Of a stretch of 64,000 nucleotides of DNA, positions 61,364-64,000 are shown piece by piece. The stretch spans positions 42,284,001 to 42,348,000 of the forward strand of contig OZ024757.1 in assembly GCA_964016885.1 (NCBI GenBank), written 5' to 3'. Every line of letters begins with the position of its first letter. The first letter of the stretch is position 1. A program made the translations under genes and the position numbers. The notes beneath the pieces were generated by a model. That model saw only the letters and a list, made by a program, of their open reading frames with translations, did no database searches and was not told the DNA's origin. This DNA comes from Eledone cirrhosa. Lineage: Eukaryota.

Positions 61364-61544
61364 CATCATCTGTGTGTTTGGAATTTCCATAGCAACCGTC
61401 AGCAGATATATACAAGAGAAGGGCTCCGTTTGGAGGAAGTTCTTTAAAACCTGAAGCTAAAAATGTATTCAGTTGACTGAACGTAGGTTTGTAGAGCAGG
61501 TACTTGTGTGGGTTATCTCTTCGTATAGAACGGTCACCATTTTC
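61364..61544 (-). CDS. SCAI: SCAI exon
   Basis: tttaag acceptor, gtaagt donor; 181 nt, phase 0/1; RRDNPHKYLLYKPTFSQLNTFLASGFKELPPNGALLLYISADG. Confidence 0.96.
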
Positions 61545-62687
61545 CTTAAAAGATAAATAAGAAACACCAATAATTAACCTTTCAATCATCATCATCACTG
61601 TTTAATGTCCATTTTTCCATGCTTGCATGGGTCAGACAGGTCGTCCGTGTTAGGAGACAAATCCGACGAGGACTGTAAATTTGGCCAGGGATCTTACAGC
61701 TGGATGCCCTTCCTAACACACACACATGGACTTTATATAAGGAAAATACACAGAGACAATCAACTGACGAGATATTAATTTAGACAATGAAAATAACGAA
61801 CTCAGTAATTCTATAAAATAGATTGATTACTCAGAAATGCTAACGATATGAAAAACTATAGTTAAGCTACTGTTGACATTTAATGCAAGGGACATCAAAA
61901 AGCTGATTAGAAATAATTATGTGGTGAGGAAAAGACAACATCAGCTGAATTCCTAAAATTCATTTTCATAATTTTGGCAAATAGGGGAGATAATTCCAGA
62001 CCTTTCTGTCTTATTATACTTCCTTAGCGAAGTATAGACTTCACTGTTCTTATTTGAAGTAGAGATGAGAGAATTTCTAAGTAGATATAACAATATTGTA
62101 CATTGATAGATGTGGAAAATGTTCCAACAACTTATAATTCATAAAATTCTATTTGTTTTCTATTAATTAAATAAATGGCAGCAAAATTATCAGAAAATAA
62201 TGTTGTTACATGTTTAATGGGTGACATAGTCAATATTTAATTTGATGTTTGTTTGCATTAAAACTGGAATGTGTGTGTGTGATGGCAGTCACTACAGAAT
62301 GTTGTACATGATAAAGTTATTTCCCTTACATATCACACAACACTCTTTTAAAGAGAAGTTAAAATATAAAGATCAAAAACAAAAATAACAACATTTAAAA
62401 GAATTATACAGCTAGATGTCAAATACAGCTAGATGTCATTCCTAATACCTTCCACTTTATAGTGTATTTGGTGCATATTATTATGATTCCAATACTAGAG
62501 AGGTTGTTATGCCATTGACAAGACTAAACAACCCTCTCCAGCCAACATTGTCTCTATTCCACATCACAAACTAACTCTTGTACTTTATTTTATACATGTA
62601 CTTATGATAGTATAGAAATTTATTTCTATAAGTTAAAAAATGCAGCTTAACCCTTAAAGAAGAAAAATAAAGTGATGTGCTACTCAC

Positions 62688-62810
62688 AAATGGTTGTCTC
62701 CCTGGGGCAGGTGACGTGTCATATAGTTGTGTTGTTAAATCTTCCTGTGGCTCTCTCTCTAATGTTTGTAGCATTCGAAACATATCGAGAGTTAATTCAC
62801 TAAATTTCAC
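62688..62810 (-). CDS. SCAI: SCAI exon
   Basis: tttcag acceptor, gtgagt donor; 123 nt; VKFSELTLDMFRMLQTLEREP. Confidence 0.96.
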
Positions 62811-62964
62811 CTGAAAATACAAAACAATACAGAATTTGTCACATTTAATTCAATTCAAGTTTATTGTTATTTTTATAGTTATGTGAACATTCTCCTTACA
62901 ACATCAACATCAACATCCTCATCCTCATAATAATAATAATCCTCATAATAATAATAATAATAAT

Positions 62965-63075
62965 AATTGTTTCTACTTTAGGCACAAGGCCAGCAATTAC
63001 CCAGTGCATTACTGGTACTTTATTTTATCGACCCCGTAAGGATGAAAGGCAAAGTCAACCTCGGCGGGATTTGAA
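62965..63075 (-). mobile_element. SINE family A, 5'-truncated
   Basis: Match to family consensus. Confidence 0.85.
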
Positions 63076-63102
63076 TAATAATAACAGAAACAATGTACTT
63101 AC

Positions 63103-63255
63103 TTGTTCGTTACAATTTCCTACAATTAGAATCTCTTGGAGCGTTAAATATACTGGGGTACCTTTATCGAGAGGAGGGGTGTTGAGAGGGGTCAGACGAT
63201 GGGACAAGACAATAGAAGAAGAGTCAACATCCACGACACTTATTATATTATCAGC
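63103..63255 (-). CDS. SCAI: SCAI exon
   Basis: ttacag acceptor, gtaagt donor; 153 nt; ADNIISVVDV...LTLQEILIVGNCNEQ. Confidence 0.94.
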
Positions 63256-63524
63256 CTGTAAAGAAACACAAGAAAACCAATAAGTACTCAATAGGGGCTT
63301 AACCCTTTAGTATTTACATTACTCTATATTTACTATTAGATTTTTACAGTAAAGGCTTTACCTTACATAATATCGAAACTATGGGATTTTGATATTATTT
63401 ATTTTGAGAAAAATATTATAACATAAGCATGAGCAGCCAGTTATGGCGAGTTTGAACAGAAGGTGGTGAGAGAATTCTGGCTGGATATGACTGGTTTGAA
63501 CAGAAAGGGGTTGGCCATTGATAC

Positions 63525-63715
63525 GAAAGGGGGTGTGTTGCTGCTGCTCTTATTTGTGCTTCACCTCTTGCTGTGGGTTCATCTGGGATCTTGGTCAGTA
63601 GAATGTAGAGATGTCTCTTGAAAACATCTACATGCACACCATGTAGATCTCTCAGATTTTTTTGGCAGCTTATTAAAAAGCTAGGGTCCATTAAACCCCA
63701 GACTATTGCAGTATG
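63525..63715 (-). mobile_element. CR1-group LINE 3' fragment (related fragment at about 26090-26250 -)
   Basis: LRDLHGVHVDVFKRHL..LLTKIPDEPT resembles the C-terminus of the 22-23 kb LINE ([16 protein letters not shown]). Confidence 0.6.
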
Positions 63716-63722
63716 TGGTCTT

Positions 63723-63785
<63 letters not shown>

Positions 63786-63862
63786 TTGACAATATGATTT
63801 GGTAAATAAAATTTAGTAAGATTGAATGAAAAATTTTTTTTTTTAAATACTAAAGTTTTTAC

Positions 63863-63961
63863 CTCAATAAAGGATTTGATTTCCCCTAAAACTAGATTCC
63901 ATTCCATCTGATCATCTGGTTCATAAGTGGTGGTATAGTCATCTATTTGTTTGGCTAATTC
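63863..63961 (-). CDS. SCAI: SCAI exon (upstream exons lie beyond window end)
   Basis: tttcag acceptor, gtaaaa donor; 99 nt; ELAKQIDDYTTTYEPDDQMEWNLVLGEIKSFIE. Confidence 0.94.
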
Positions 63962-64000
63962 CTGAAATGAAACAACAGACAATAAATATTGGACTCATTG

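Overview
Eukaryotic, very AT-rich, microsatellite-dense DNA. The repeat families suggest a coleoid cephalopod (Octopus-like), which is inference. Two spliced minus-strand genes are supported by GT-AG exon chains whose phases join in frame. The first is the 5' part of centriolin (CNTRL): ATG at 8034, nine coding exons down to 1888, continuing beyond the window start, with a candidate non-coding first exon and RFX X-box at about 10.8-10.9 kb. The second is the 3' part of SCAI: ten exons from 63961 to the stop at 55678. The ~45 kb between them and the introns hold a 5'-truncated CR1-group LINE with an uninterrupted RT frame, a decayed near-full-length RTE LINE with a PHD-type finger inside its RT, two Penelope-like (GIY-YIG) remnants, R4/Dong fragments, tRNA-derived SINEs, piggyBac- and hAT-type MITEs and kb-scale (TA)n arrays. 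The most unusual signal is a set of minimal hammerhead ribozyme motifs from several unrelated pseudo-LTR families. Many sit in non-coding fold-back palindromes (arms 20-220 bp) whose centres fall at or next to the ribozyme hairpins. Most long ORFs in the track are microsatellite artefacts. Exon and ribozyme coordinates were counted by hand; repeat boundaries are approximate.
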